64,000 nt of DNA from contig JBAZZC010000006.1 in assembly GCA_041658985.1 (NCBI GenBank), forward strand, positions 2,369-66,368, given 5' to 3'. The position numbers and the translations under genes are program-made. The stretch's first letter is position 1. Every line of letters begins with the position of its first letter. Under the pieces are notes generated by a model. That model saw nothing but the letters and a program-made list of their open reading frames with translations. It made no database searches and was not told where the DNA came from. The stretch comes from Minisyncoccota bacterium. GTDB taxonomy: Bacteria > Patescibacteriota > Minisyncoccia > Phycocordibacterales > DATDWN01. This document shows positions 30,145 through 39,712 of the stretch, piece after piece.

Positions 30145-30660
30145 TTATTTATTTTTTGGTTTGTCTAAATCTTCAGGAGTAAAGCCATTTTCAGATAGTA
30201 GTATATCTCTAAAATAAATACCCCCAATCCTTCTTACAGTTTCAAGGCTCATCCCATATTTATAGGAAGTCTCTTTTAGTTTAGATTCAAAATCTCCAAA
30301 ATCTAGTTTATCAAAACAATCAAAGGCATTCTCTTGAATATCATATTGATTTGTTAAATCTTTTTTAAATCCACACCTAGAAATAAGCATGTTTTTGTTT
30401 TTATTAATATATTCTTTTAGTCCACTATTTTCTAATATCTCAACTCCCCTAGGAAGTAGTTTTATTGGTGAAGCTGAACCAAAAGCGTTATCCATCCTAC
30501 CCTCAAGTTTAGTGATACTTTCTTTAATCCACGTTATTGAGGTTTCAATACCTGTAAAACGTCCTCCAGATTTCCATGCAATAATAATAAGAGAACCTGA
30601 GATAGTTACGATTACTCCAATAAATTGAGGCCATCCAATTTGTATAACAAGATTTTCCAT
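30145..30660 (-). CDS. Hypothetical protein with N-terminal TM and short coiled coil (IS passenger)
   Basis: 171-aa ORF inside the TIR-bounded element. Confidence 0.7.
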   Translation of the reverse strand: MENLVIQIGWPQFIGVIVTISGSLIIIAWKSGGRFTGIETSITWIKESITKLEGRMDNAFGSASPIKLLPRGVEILENSGLKEYINKNKNMLISRCGFKKDLTNQYDIQENAFDCFDKLDFGDFESKLKETSYKYGMSLETVRRIGGIYFRDILLSENGFTPEDLDKPKNK

Positions 30661-30743
30661 TTGATTTAATTATATCATTTTTAACAATAAAGGAATAACG
30701 AGACACATTACTCCTAATGGGGAGGAGTGCGGGTATATGACTT

Positions 30744-30971
30744 TTATTCCTTTATTTCAACGTGTTTCCACCACCCTATAAAGATACTAAGCATAACAGC
30801 CGAAAAAACAAACAATGCCCACCATTTTGAGGAAAAAGGTTCAAATTGTAAACCCCTGATAAATAAATCCAAAATGTTAGTAATAAAAAATGTACCTATA
30901 AGAAATCCCACCATCCTTACAATTTTATTCATAACATCATTATAGACTAGTTTATTTATATTTGAAAACAT
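30744..30971 (-). CDS. Small two-TM hypothetical protein (IS passenger)
   Basis: Hydrophobic ORF; real start may be the internal MNKIVR. Confidence 0.5.
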   Translation of the reverse strand: MFSNINKLVYNDVMNKIVRMVGFLIGTFFITNILDLFIRGLQFEPFSSKWWALFVFSAVMLSIFIGWWKHVEIKE

Positions 30972-31095
30972 GAGTTATGTCGCTATGGGATATGCATGGA
31001 TAACTCAAAAGAAAAACTGACTGTTTAATTTATTTCAAGATTGTGATAGATTTACGGTAGACACGGGCCAAGAGGCCCAAACAAGGAGCTAGACA

Positions 31096-31317
31096 ATGCG
31101 ACTGCGAGTACAACTACCAGCTCTTGAGATCCAACCCCCGAACTTCGACGATTTTTCTTCTGGGAGAACTATCCCAGAGACTGTTCCGAAGAGATGGCGA
31201 CTGCGAGAAGGCGATATCATTCCGTGGAAGTTCAAGATGTTCAACGGAACCGCCATCGTGGTCTCGGCGACAACTATTTCTGGAGAGTGTGTCGCTACTC
31301 TCAAGAACGGGCTCTAG
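31096..31317 (+). CDS. Hypothetical protein (GC-rich orphan cassette)
   Basis: AAGGAG SD; followed by hairpin CCCGCCTACACAAC..GTTGTGTGAGGCGGG and a T-rich tail. Confidence 0.55.
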   Translation: MRLRVQLPALEIQPPNFDDFSSGRTIPETVPKRWRLREGDIIPWKFKMFNGTAIVVSATTISGECVATLKNGL

Positions 31318-31373
31318 TTCGTCGCCCGATAACCCCCCGCCTACACAACCCGTTGTGTGAGGCGGGTTTGTGT

Positions 31374-31862
31374 TTACACAATGTCACCTATTATTGGATT
31401 AACCAAGTCAGCATAGTCAGTTGATTTCATTCCGATAGAAAAACTTTTGTCTCCTGCATTAAAAATAATTTTTTCTTGCTGTAACAATCCCCTATCAACA
31501 TAAATAGATAGGTTAAACAAGTTCCCAAAGGGCGGAACTCCCCCAAGCAGTACCCCATTTGTGATTTTCAAAACCTCTTCTTCTGTGGCAAATCTGATAT
31601 CAGACAGACCAAACTGTTCTTTTATTTTTGCTGTATCAAATTTTTTACTGCCTTGTACAACAAACATTACAAAAAGTTTGCCAACGCCAGGCTTTTTTAC
31701 CCGAGTAATAAGAGCTTTTGCTCCCTGGTCTATTGTGTAGCCAGTACGAACCCTTGAGGCTTCCTCACTTGTCCTCACCGGCTCGTGTTCAAAGGTCTCA
31801 AACCAATAACCACTGTTTGTTAAAATTCTCTTTATTATCTCCGTTAGCTGGTGGTAAATCAC
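31374..31862 (-). CDS. YbaK/ProX-family aminoacyl-tRNA deacylase
   Basis: FEHEPVRTSEEA, GAKALI, RFATEEEV..ITNG..LGGVPPFG, FNAG. Confidence 0.9.
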   Translation of the reverse strand: MIYHQLTEIIKRILTNSGYWFETFEHEPVRTSEEASRVRTGYTIDQGAKALITRVKKPGVGKLFVMFVVQGSKKFDTAKIKEQFGLSDIRFATEEEVLKITNGVLLGGVPPFGNLFNLSIYVDRGLLQQEKIIFNAGDKSFSIGMKSTDYADLVNPIIGDIV

Positions 31863-31946
31863 GAGTAATAAACTATAAGATTTATAAAATTGAAAGCGAT
31901 TCCTTTCACAAGGAGACTTCTTGAAGAATTAATGAGAAAATCCTCT

Positions 31947-32789
31947 TTAATCATTAATAAAAGCCCCGTACATAGTAGATAAACCATTACTGAAATAAAT
32001 ACTTCTTATCGCCTTCTTTTTCGGGTTATCATTTATGATTTCATTTTTTAAATAATGTTCACCAAGTTTTCCTTCTGTTCTTACTTCTTCAATTCCACAC
32101 AAAGGCCTCAATTGTTCTTCAAAATATAAAAAGAGTCTTTTTGGAGCGTTTATATCACTACCCTCTAGAGAAGATGTTGATGTAATACCATTTTTTTTAA
32201 GAAGTTCGTAGGCTTTAGTTCTTACTTCTGCTACCATATCATACACCATATCTCGGACCCCAGAATTTACTGGATTTCCACTATCATTAAATGATTCATC
32301 AATTTTTGAAATTATTTTATCAACTTCTTTTTCTAATACTTTAATTTCTGCTTTTATTCCCTCATCTCTTATTTCTATTCCACGATCTATTACAGCTTCC
32401 CCTTGAATTTCTTCAAAAACAGCAGGCTGGGAAGCTAATAAAGCAAGTCTCTCTTTTTCGGCGTCAAATTGATTCTTGCGTATCCTTATCAATCCTTCAA
32501 CTTTTTTTAATTCGGCCTCATCAGATCTGGTAAATTCGCCAGTTTCTCTCATACTAACAAACATAGTTCGTAATGTCTCGGCTTCCTGTAATAACTCAAA
32601 TAACCCTGGAAGGTTACTGGCCAATTCCCTATGTAACTTAACTTTTTCCTCTAGATAAGATTGTTGTCTTTTTTTTAATCTGACTATTGTTTCTCTTAAT
32701 AGTCTTGTTTGCTCCACAATTCCATCTTCAGTCAAATCAGCATCTTCATTTTTTTCCACTTCTTCTGTTTTAGATCCTTCTTCGCTCAT
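31947..32789 (-). CDS. Hypothetical coiled-coil protein
   Basis: Glu/Lys-rich helical ORF; start set at MSEEG. Confidence 0.65.
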   Translation of the reverse strand: MSEEGSKTEEVEKNEDADLTEDGIVEQTRLLRETIVRLKKRQQSYLEEKVKLHRELASNLPGLFELLQEAETLRTMFVSMRETGEFTRSDEAELKKVEGLIRIRKNQFDAEKERLALLASQPAVFEEIQGEAVIDRGIEIRDEGIKAEIKVLEKEVDKIISKIDESFNDSGNPVNSGVRDMVYDMVAEVRTKAYELLKKNGITSTSSLEGSDINAPKRLFLYFEEQLRPLCGIEEVRTEGKLGEHYLKNEIINDNPKKKAIRSIYFSNGLSTMYGAFIND

Positions 32790-33029
32790 GTTTTTATAAG
32801 CTAATTCTAATAACATTATTCTACTCCCCCTAAAAAAGATTACAAGGCCCAAATCCCTAAGGAGTCTCCTTGGGGAATGGTCATCGTTCTAGTAGACAGC
32901 AAAATTTTACAATAAAACCCCGCCGTAGAAAATCTACGCGGGGTCCAGAAACACGGGAGGGCTAAGGTCAAAGGGTCCAAGAAGGACACAGTGACCTTAG
33001 CCCTAAGTGCTAACTTGCCTGCCCCGTAG

Positions 33030-33719
33030 TCAGCTTTGCTGTACTACTGGGGCGAGAACGGCAGACATGTTGATGACGTTGAAGTCGCCACCCAGCCAGC
33101 GCACGTCCCAACGCCATTTGCCGTCGAGGTTGCCCCAGTAGAGGTACAGGACGCAACGAAGACCACCTGGGTTCCGAAGAACCGTGCCATCAAAGGTGAT
33201 GAACTGGATGTTCCCGTTCACCCGTTCCTTCCATGTCTCGGGAATGAGGTGCTGATTGCACCAGAAGAACAGAAACACGACCGCGTCGAGGCGGATGTGC
33301 CTCAAGGCCACCAGTCGTTTCAGCCTCTTTTCGCCTTTAACCGACAACTCGCCAGTCTTGAGCGTCGACACCAGGCGAACTTGGTCCATATTGATCTCGG
33401 TCAGCCCGAGTGAGCGAACGTCCTGTTCCTCACTGCCCGTGAGACCGTTGCCATTGGCTGGACCTTTCCAGATCGTCTAGCCCGTGCCGATGAAGGCGGA
33501 GTCGAACGATTTGGGTCGGTCGATAATGACCCTGAACGCACTGACGATAAGGCGAGCACCGTTCTTGAGGAAGGCGGTGAATCTCTTACCGAATTCCTCG
33601 GGTGTGAGTTCGATCACTTCATTCTGAAGTGACCCTCCGTCGAGTTCATCCCAGTTGACCTGGGTTCCAACCCGAGCAGAGATTTGCAGAGCTTGACCGC
33701 GTGATACGGCTTGACTCAT
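33030..33719 (-). pseudogene. GC-rich hypothetical gene interrupted by one in-frame TAG (33477-33479)
   Basis: ORFs 33477-33719 and 33030-33389 share a frame, and the 29 codons between them are open: FIGTG*TIWKGPANGNGLTGSEEQDVRSLGLTEINMDQV. Confidence 0.7.
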
Positions 33720-33870
33720 GACATCTCTCCCTTTCTTGCTAGAGGACTCCCGATGTGGTAGTCATAGCCAAAAAATCTCATATCTATAAGACCTTTTGGC
33801 TATGACTACTCGCAAGTTAGTGTGTTAAAGAACTTGATCTACTACATTAGACACCTTTTAGGTAACCACG

Positions 33871-34917
33871 TCAAGATATCGGGGTAATTTCAAAACTACA
33901 TCCAGCCGGATTTAGACTTTTTAAATACTTCTCACAAAAAACAGTTCTTTCATCACCCACCATAAATTCTGGAGCAAATACTTTTATATTAAATGGAAAC
34001 AAAGTATAAACACTTTTTGAGTCCTGAAATTCAACTCCCACCCCAAGCCCCACAGTTGTATCTCCAAAATTTTGGTCGAAAACAAAATTACCAAGAGAAT
34101 AGAAAACCATTTTACCTTTATATATTTCCATCGGCTCTACCACATGTGGATGGTGACCAAATATAACGTCAGCCCCGTTGTCTATAAGCTTATGAGCTAT
34201 ATCAATTTGTGTACTATTGGCTTCTAGTTTGTATTCTTCTCCCCAATGAATATTAACTACGATATAATCATTTTCTGAATCTAGTTTCTTTATTAAAGCA
34301 TAAGCCTTGTCGGTAAGAGCTGGCGAAATCGTCTGGTCTATTCCTACAAAAGCCATCCTTTTATCATTAACCATAACCAACCTATAACTTTCTTCTAGTT
34401 CTTGATCTCCAATATAACTGATCCCAAATTGCTTTAGATACTGTTTGGTGCTTTCATACCCGACAGAAAAACAGTCACGGCTATGGTTGTTGGCAATATT
34501 GACCATATTTATACCAATGGTTTTTAATAATTCGGGAGTAGTAGAAGCAAATTGAAAGTTATAAGCCTTTTGCTGACACTCGTTTCTATCCATTTCCACA
34601 ATAGGACCTTCTAGGTTTGCAATAATAATGTCAAATTTATCTATAAAATCAAAATCTCTCTTGATGTATTCAAATGGGTCACGCCCTCGGTTTTCTATTA
34701 TATTTCTCACCCCTCTGTCAAACATGACATCACCAAAATTTAAAACGGACGGATAGTTCTTTTGGACAACATCTTGTTTTGTCATATCAACGATACTAGC
34801 CTTCATCTTATCCTTCGACATATCAAAAGAGTAATTATAAATATAATAGTTTGTGCCAAAAAAGAGGGTGAGTAGTATACCTAATAATAAACATTGCAAA
34901 CTATTCATGTTTTGCAT
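33871..34917 (-). CDS. CapA/PGA_cap family metallophosphatase-like protein
   Basis: GDVMFDR, NLEGP, ANNH, IHWG.EY, GHHPHV, YSLGNF.FDQ. Confidence 0.92.
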   Translation of the reverse strand: MQNMNSLQCLLLGILLTLFFGTNYYIYNYSFDMSKDKMKASIVDMTKQDVVQKNYPSVLNFGDVMFDRGVRNIIENRGRDPFEYIKRDFDFIDKFDIIIANLEGPIVEMDRNECQQKAYNFQFASTTPELLKTIGINMVNIANNHSRDCFSVGYESTKQYLKQFGISYIGDQELEESYRLVMVNDKRMAFVGIDQTISPALTDKAYALIKKLDSENDYIVVNIHWGEEYKLEANSTQIDIAHKLIDNGADVIFGHHPHVVEPMEIYKGKMVFYSLGNFVFDQNFGDTTVGLGVGVEFQDSKSVYTLFPFNIKVFAPEFMVGDERTVFCEKYLKSLNPAGCSFEITPIS

Positions 34918-34938
34918 TTTAACACAAAATCAGAAATC

Positions 34939-34968
34939 CAATTTACTACGATATATCGTAGTAAATTG
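34939..34968. repeat. Perfect 30-bp palindrome
   Basis: CAATTTACTACGATA|TATCGTAGTAAATTG. Confidence 0.8.
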
Positions 34969-34973
34969 AAATT

Positions 34974-36647
34974 TTATAAAAACAGCCTAGCCAGACGCAA
35001 TTTAAGATAACTTGTCTTCTTTTTTTGTTTTGCCATTAAATTATACACCGGAGAAAGGGTTGTGGTTTTGGTCTTTTTGAAAGCCAACAAAATATCATCC
35101 AACTCACTCCGCTTCAGTTCCCTTTTTAAATATGTCACATCTGGACATTTTTTCGCTATTATCAAGTCTTCAATATGGGAGACAATGGTTTCTTGTTTTA
35201 CTCCCCTGGCCTCGGCAATATCTTTTAATGGAACTTCTTGTTCTAAAAATCCAGCTGTTATTTCCTGTGAAGATTTCTTGACCTCCTTATTCTGCTCTTT
35301 TTCTTTTCGTCGAATTTTTACTTTTTCTTCCGGCTCAATCTTTTTCATCCATTCTTTTTGTTTCTCCAAAATTTCTTCTCGCGACATACTGTCAAGTCGC
35401 GTTCTTGACACCTCAGAATCCTTCTGAAATTTTTGGTCCATCTCTAATACTTCTAAATCCACCTCCAAAGACATGTCGTTAAAACCCAAGAGTTTCATCC
35501 CATCTAAAGATCTAACTCTTGAGAGAGCCACATAACCCATTCCTCTTACAAACGACTTGGACAAATCCACTTCCATAGCATCCAGAGACATTCCTTGACT
35601 TTTGTGTACCGTTATGGCCCAAGCGAGACGAAGAGGACGCTGTGAAATTTCGGCCTTGACTTTTCCTTCTTCCTCAATTTTCCACGATTGAGGCGTAACA
35701 GAAAACTTCATACCATTATTTGTTTCCACAATTGGGTCGCCAAAAGAATTAAAATCTACCACTACTCCCAATGTACCATTTACATACCCACCTTCAGCGT
35801 GGTTTTTAGTAAACATAACTCTTGCTCCCTTTTTTAATTCAAGCACTTCTGGTGAAAGACAGTTTTTCTTCAGGGTCTCTGCTAGATTCCGTGCGCCTTT
35901 TGATGTCATGTGATAATCTTTTTTTGGAGTACTCAAAAGGTCAAGGTATTTTTTGTTAACCACATCCACATCTATATTGTGAGTGTATAGTCTAGTAGAT
36001 TCCTTGCCTGACTGCGGGTCCTTATCTAGACGAGATTTTAGAAGTTCAAGTGTCTCAACATCAACTTTATTTTTTCTAATTTTGTTTAATATAGAAAGAT
36101 AGACATTGTCTTTTTGGCGATGTTGCTCGGATATGTAACAAACTGTTAGTTTCGCATCTTTCCAACAATCAGCTTTGTAAGCAAACTCGGACTCCACAAC
36201 ATTTCCACGAGTAACAGGAGGGAGTTGAAAAAAATCTCCAGACAAAATAACTTGCATTCCGCCAAACGGCCTTTCGTTATGTTTCATTTGCCTGCAAATC
36301 CACTCAATGAGGTCTAGTCTAAAATGATGAAGCATGGAAACTTCATCTATTATCAAAACCCTTGTTCTCTCAAATCTTTTATAGAGATAGGCTCTCTGCA
36401 TCATTTCATCTATATCTCTGTCAGTTAAAACATCTCGCACACCAATTCCCGACCAAGAATGTATAGTCATACCACCAAGATGGGTAGCGGCGATACCAGT
36501 AGAGGCGGTTACCGCAACATCCACAGCATGTGATTTTAAATATTGAATGTAAGAATTAAGCACGTGAGTTTTACCGCTCCCCGCAGGACCGGTCAGAAAG
36601 ACATTTTTACCCATTTTTAATATATCCAGAGCTTCTTGTTGAGTCAC
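34974..36647 (-). CDS. PIF1-family helicase with C-terminal HTH
   Basis: TGPAGSGKT, TIHSWSGIG, IDEVSM, GDFFQLPPV, WAITVHKSQG, YVALSR. Confidence 0.92.
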   Translation of the reverse strand: MTQQEALDILKMGKNVFLTGPAGSGKTHVLNSYIQYLKSHAVDVAVTASTGIAATHLGGMTIHSWSGIGVRDVLTDRDIDEMMQRAYLYKRFERTRVLIIDEVSMLHHFRLDLIEWICRQMKHNERPFGGMQVILSGDFFQLPPVTRGNVVESEFAYKADCWKDAKLTVCYISEQHRQKDNVYLSILNKIRKNKVDVETLELLKSRLDKDPQSGKESTRLYTHNIDVDVVNKKYLDLLSTPKKDYHMTSKGARNLAETLKKNCLSPEVLELKKGARVMFTKNHAEGGYVNGTLGVVVDFNSFGDPIVETNNGMKFSVTPQSWKIEEEGKVKAEISQRPLRLAWAITVHKSQGMSLDAMEVDLSKSFVRGMGYVALSRVRSLDGMKLLGFNDMSLEVDLEVLEMDQKFQKDSEVSRTRLDSMSREEILEKQKEWMKKIEPEEKVKIRRKEKEQNKEVKKSSQEITAGFLEQEVPLKDIAEARGVKQETIVSHIEDLIIAKKCPDVTYLKRELKRSELDDILLAFKKTKTTTLSPVYNLMAKQKKKTSYLKLRLARLFL

Positions 36648-36733
36648 TGTGTTATTGTATCAGTTTGAAAGTTCTTTATAACACTTGACAAATACTAATA
36701 ATGGTTTAATATCTCTTTTGGAAGGAGCCCAAT

Positions 36734-36946
36734 ATGACTGAGTACAGGACAGTAGCTGGCCCGACTATTTCAACAATACAGATAGGGGGGGTCAGCAACG
36801 CGACAGTGACAGACATGGAGAATCCGTGTCTCAACAAAATGGTCAAAGAAGGGTGGGAGATTCACGCCGTCATCACCCATCACTCCATCAACCCCGACTG
36901 CACCGCAATCGCATTCATTATGGAGAGAAAGGTGGAGGAGGAATAA
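36734..36946 (+). CDS. Small DUF4177-like protein (GC-richer orphan cassette)
   Basis: LNKMVKEGWEI motif; own TTGACA promoter, GGAAGGAG SD and terminator. Confidence 0.6.
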   Translation: MTEYRTVAGPTISTIQIGGVSNATVTDMENPCLNKMVKEGWEIHAVITHHSINPDCTAIAFIMERKVEEE

Positions 36947-36992
36947 CACCGCCGAGAAACCGCCAAACGGTCTCCGGCGGTTTTCTCAATTA

Positions 36993-37150
36993 AAAATCTC
37001 GTTGAGTCATGTCTTGAGAAAGGCCTTTCGCAGGAGTTTAGAAAATAAAGGAAGTATTCTGACTATTATTTTCTTGAACGACGAGAAGTTCGCTAGCTCA
37101 CCAGAGCTAGATAGATTGCCTTTCGAGAGATATGACGAGAAAGAGATTTT
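36993..37150 (+). other. Long branched hairpin with H2-like termini
   Basis: AAAATCTCGTTGAGTCATGTC...GATATGACGAGAAAGAGATTTT. Confidence 0.65.
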
Positions 37151-37171
37151 GAAAGTATTTATAGTGAAAAA

Positions 37172-37831
37172 TTATTTGCTCTCTTTTTTCCATTTTTCAA
37201 TTTCCGTATGATTTCCTGAAAGTAGAACTTTTGGCACTTTATATTTTTTTCCTTTATATTCAAAAATTTCGGGGCGAGTATAAACATCATGACTTGAAAT
37301 ACGAGATTCTTCTAGAGAATCAAAATTGCCGAGTACACCCTTCACCTGCCTTGCTACACAATCTAGAACAACCATAGCTGGTAGTTCCCCACCAGTTAAT
37401 ACGAAAGGTCCGACAGAGACTTCTTCCATTTTAAATATTTTTTTTACCCGTGCATCTATGCCCTCATATCTACCACAAACAAAAATGATATCTGTGTATT
37501 TTTTTGCTGTTTTTTTTGCATAGTCAGTTGTAAATTGTTTTCCACCAGGTGAGAAAAATACAATCTTTATTTTTGATTTTGTACTCAACTTGGACATCCG
37601 ATGTCCAAGTGCTTTTTGAATGGCTTTTATTACTGGAAGCGCTTGCAGTACCATCCCCGGGCCACCACTATATGGTTTCTGGTCTATATGTCTCCATTTA
37701 TTATCAGAAAAATCCCGAGGATTATAGAAACTAACTTTTATTTTTTTATCTTTTATGGCCCGCGCAATAATAGACTCGTTTAGATACGAGCTGAAACTGT
37801 TAGGAAATAGTGTAATAATGTGAAATCGCAT
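37172..37831 (-). CDS. trmD: tRNA (guanine-N1)-methyltransferase
   Basis: ITLFP, PYSGGPGMV, CGRYEGID.RV, VLTGGELPAM, YTRP, VPKVLLSGNH. Confidence 0.97.
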   Translation of the reverse strand: MRFHIITLFPNSFSSYLNESIIARAIKDKKIKVSFYNPRDFSDNKWRHIDQKPYSGGPGMVLQALPVIKAIQKALGHRMSKLSTKSKIKIVFFSPGGKQFTTDYAKKTAKKYTDIIFVCGRYEGIDARVKKIFKMEEVSVGPFVLTGGELPAMVVLDCVARQVKGVLGNFDSLEESRISSHDVYTRPEIFEYKGKKYKVPKVLLSGNHTEIEKWKKESK

Positions 37832-37927
37832 TTAATATTTATAACACAAATTCTATGTTTTGAACAGACACGAAAAAGGAGGGGTGGCATCCCCCTCCTC
37901 TAGCCACACGACACCAGACCCAGATGT

Positions 37928-38233
37928 CTAGCCGACGACCTTACGAAATAGCCTCGCAAATTCGGCTGGTCCGTACACATCCACCTTGTGACCAGGGAAT
38001 ATCACGACCTTATCCCCGGAATTAACAAAGTTTCTGGTGCCGTCAACCACGAAATCGTACCGTGGAAAATTCTTGTGTTGGTTGCAGGTGTATGAATCCG
38101 TGGCGTCACAGGAGCACCGAACGAGTTTGACCACGAAGATGTTGCTGTTCGGGCCTGACGGAGCGAAAGTCTGTACTTTCACCCGCACAGGAATGGTCTC
38201 GTACGCTTCTGGCTCGACAGATCTGTTACTCAT
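37928..38233 (-). CDS. Hypothetical protein (GC-richer orphan cassette)
   Basis: GGGGG SD before ATG 38233; terminator at about 37874-37900. Confidence 0.55.
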   Translation of the reverse strand: MSNRSVEPEAYETIPVRVKVQTFAPSGPNSNIFVVKLVRCSCDATDSYTCNQHKNFPRYDFVVDGTRNFVNSGDKVVIFPGHKVDVYGPAEFARLFRKVVG

Positions 38234-38384
38234 AATACCCCCAAAAAACTGGTTGTCATTGATGTTCCAATCTGATAGTAGAATGTGCCAAATTAACAAA
38301 TTAGTCAATATAAACAAAAAACACCCGGCAGGTGTTTTTTGTTTAAAATTTAATTTAAATTTATATCTTTAAGGTCCTAAAGGA

Positions 38385-38492
38385 TAATTTTGAGTGAAGT
38401 TCAAGGCGCGAAGTTTTGTTTGTGACCAAGCTGTATAGAAATACTGCGCGTGGAACAAACAAAACAAGCAACGCAGAAATTCGCCAAAATTA
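38385..38492 (+). other. Long imperfect hairpin at khpA stop
   Basis: AATTTTGAGTGAAGTTC-AAGGCG...GTTTTGTTTGT...ACAAACAAAAC...AACGCA-GAAATTCGCCAAAATT. Confidence 0.65.
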
Positions 38493-38804
38493 GATCTTTA
38501 GGTCGGCCATTGCGTCGTCAAGGGATTTCGTCGCTCCAGCCTTTACCTCTGGCATGCTTCCTGCCGGCTCATTGATTTTTAAATTTACTCTTGAGTTGTT
38601 TTTCATTCCAACTACACGAAGTAGTGTTCTGATAGCCTTTGCTGTATTTCCCTCACGACCAATTATTTTACCCATATCGTCCTTGTGAACGTCTAGGTTC
38701 ATAAGCACTCCCATTTCATCTACTGTCCTCACGATTTTTACATCTTCTGGGTGTTCAACTAATGCCTTAACCACGAAATCTAAAAATTTTACGTCGTTTT
38801 CCAT
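38490..38804 (-). CDS. khpA: KH-domain RNA-binding protein (UPF0109)
   Basis: DMGKIIGREGNTAKAIR; rpsP-khpA-trmD synteny. Confidence 0.9.
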   Translation of the reverse strand: MENDVKFLDFVVKALVEHPEDVKIVRTVDEMGVLMNLDVHKDDMGKIIGREGNTAKAIRTLLRVVGMKNNSRVNLKINEPAGSMPEVKAGATKSLDDAMADLKI

Positions 38805-38964
38805 AATGAATTCTATCGATTAATTGTAAAAGAATACAGAAATATTATATCAACAAAAATTGACTTTCGTCAAACCCGGTAGTGAATTTTGGCATAGGCG
38901 CAGCCATGCTCTGAAAGAGCAATGCCAAAATCTACTACCAGGTCAAACTATCTATTTTAGATGC

Positions 38965-39393
38965 TTATTCTGTTGCTTTCTCTTCAGTCGGAGTGACTGT
39001 TTCTACTGGAGCCTCTACAACAACCTCTGCCTCGGCTGGAGTTTCAACAACTTCTTCTTTGGTCTCTTCTACTGACTCTGTCTTTACTGCCGCCTCTTCT
39101 TTTGCTTCCTTAACGATTGGTTTTTTCAAAGGTAACACATTGATTTTCTTACCATCAATGATTTTTTTCGTCACAAGCATATTATGAACGGTGTGAGAGG
39201 TTTGAGCTCCTTTTGACATCCAATAGGTAACTCTGTCCGCTTTAAAAGTCGAGTCCTCTCCGTGTCTAGAATCAAAATTGCCTAGATTTTCTAAATATTT
39301 ACCACTCTTTGTTGAGTTCTTTGAGTCAGTCAAAACCAACCGAAATGTCGGTTCGTGTTTTCTTCCCACTCTTTGTAATCTAATTTTTAGCAT
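38965..39393 (-). CDS. rpsP: 30S ribosomal protein S16 with acidic C-terminal extension
   Basis: MLKIRLQRVGRK..P.FR.V..DS, WMSKGAQ.S.TV. Confidence 0.96.
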   Translation of the reverse strand: MLKIRLQRVGRKHEPTFRLVLTDSKNSTKSGKYLENLGNFDSRHGEDSTFKADRVTYWMSKGAQTSHTVHNMLVTKKIIDGKKINVLPLKKPIVKEAKEEAAVKTESVEETKEEVVETPAEAEVVVEAPVETVTPTEEKATE

Positions 39394-39396
39394 TAT

Positions 39397-39580
39397 AGAA
39401 CCTAATTCAAAAATAATTGTTAATAAAATAATAAATACTTGATTGTCTAAACACCATAATTTTGGCAAAAAATAGAGTTTCGTCAGTCGCTCGTACAGTT
39501 GTACGCCTCCCTCCTCATCTTCTATTTTTTTCTCAAAATTCTGCTGTTTATACTAATCATTATTTTCTGAATTAGGTTCT
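39397..39580 (-). other. Long hairpin forming the rpsP 5' leader
   Basis: AGAACCTAATTCA at 39397 pairs with TGAATTAGGTTCT ending 39580; apical TGAGGAG-GGAGG-CGTAC-AACT-GTACG-AGCGAC-TGACGAA on the minus strand. Confidence 0.65.
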
Positions 39581-39712
39581 GATATACTAACAGAATAAAT
39601 CAAAACGGTCAATTTTAACCAAAAAACGAAAAGGTGCTCGCGACTTGTATCCAACGATCGGACAGCACGAACACCTTTTCCCGACATCAAACTGGTTGTC
39701 ATGAAGCGCCCC

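Larger units (their letters stand above)
28336..30998 (+). mobile_element. Complete IS1595-family element with passenger genes (2663 bp)
   Basis: Imperfect TIRs CACGCATATCCCTTGACAACATAATT and (rc) CATGCATATCCCATAGCGACATAACT; 8-bp TSD GATAACTC at 28328-28335 and 30999-31006. Confidence 0.9.

Noticed and set aside
33477-33479. Stop-codon reassignment (alternative genetic code)
   Set aside because: Core genes translate uninterrupted in code 11 and TAG ends several genes (e.g. typA, hisS); a single internal TAG is better explained as a mutation.
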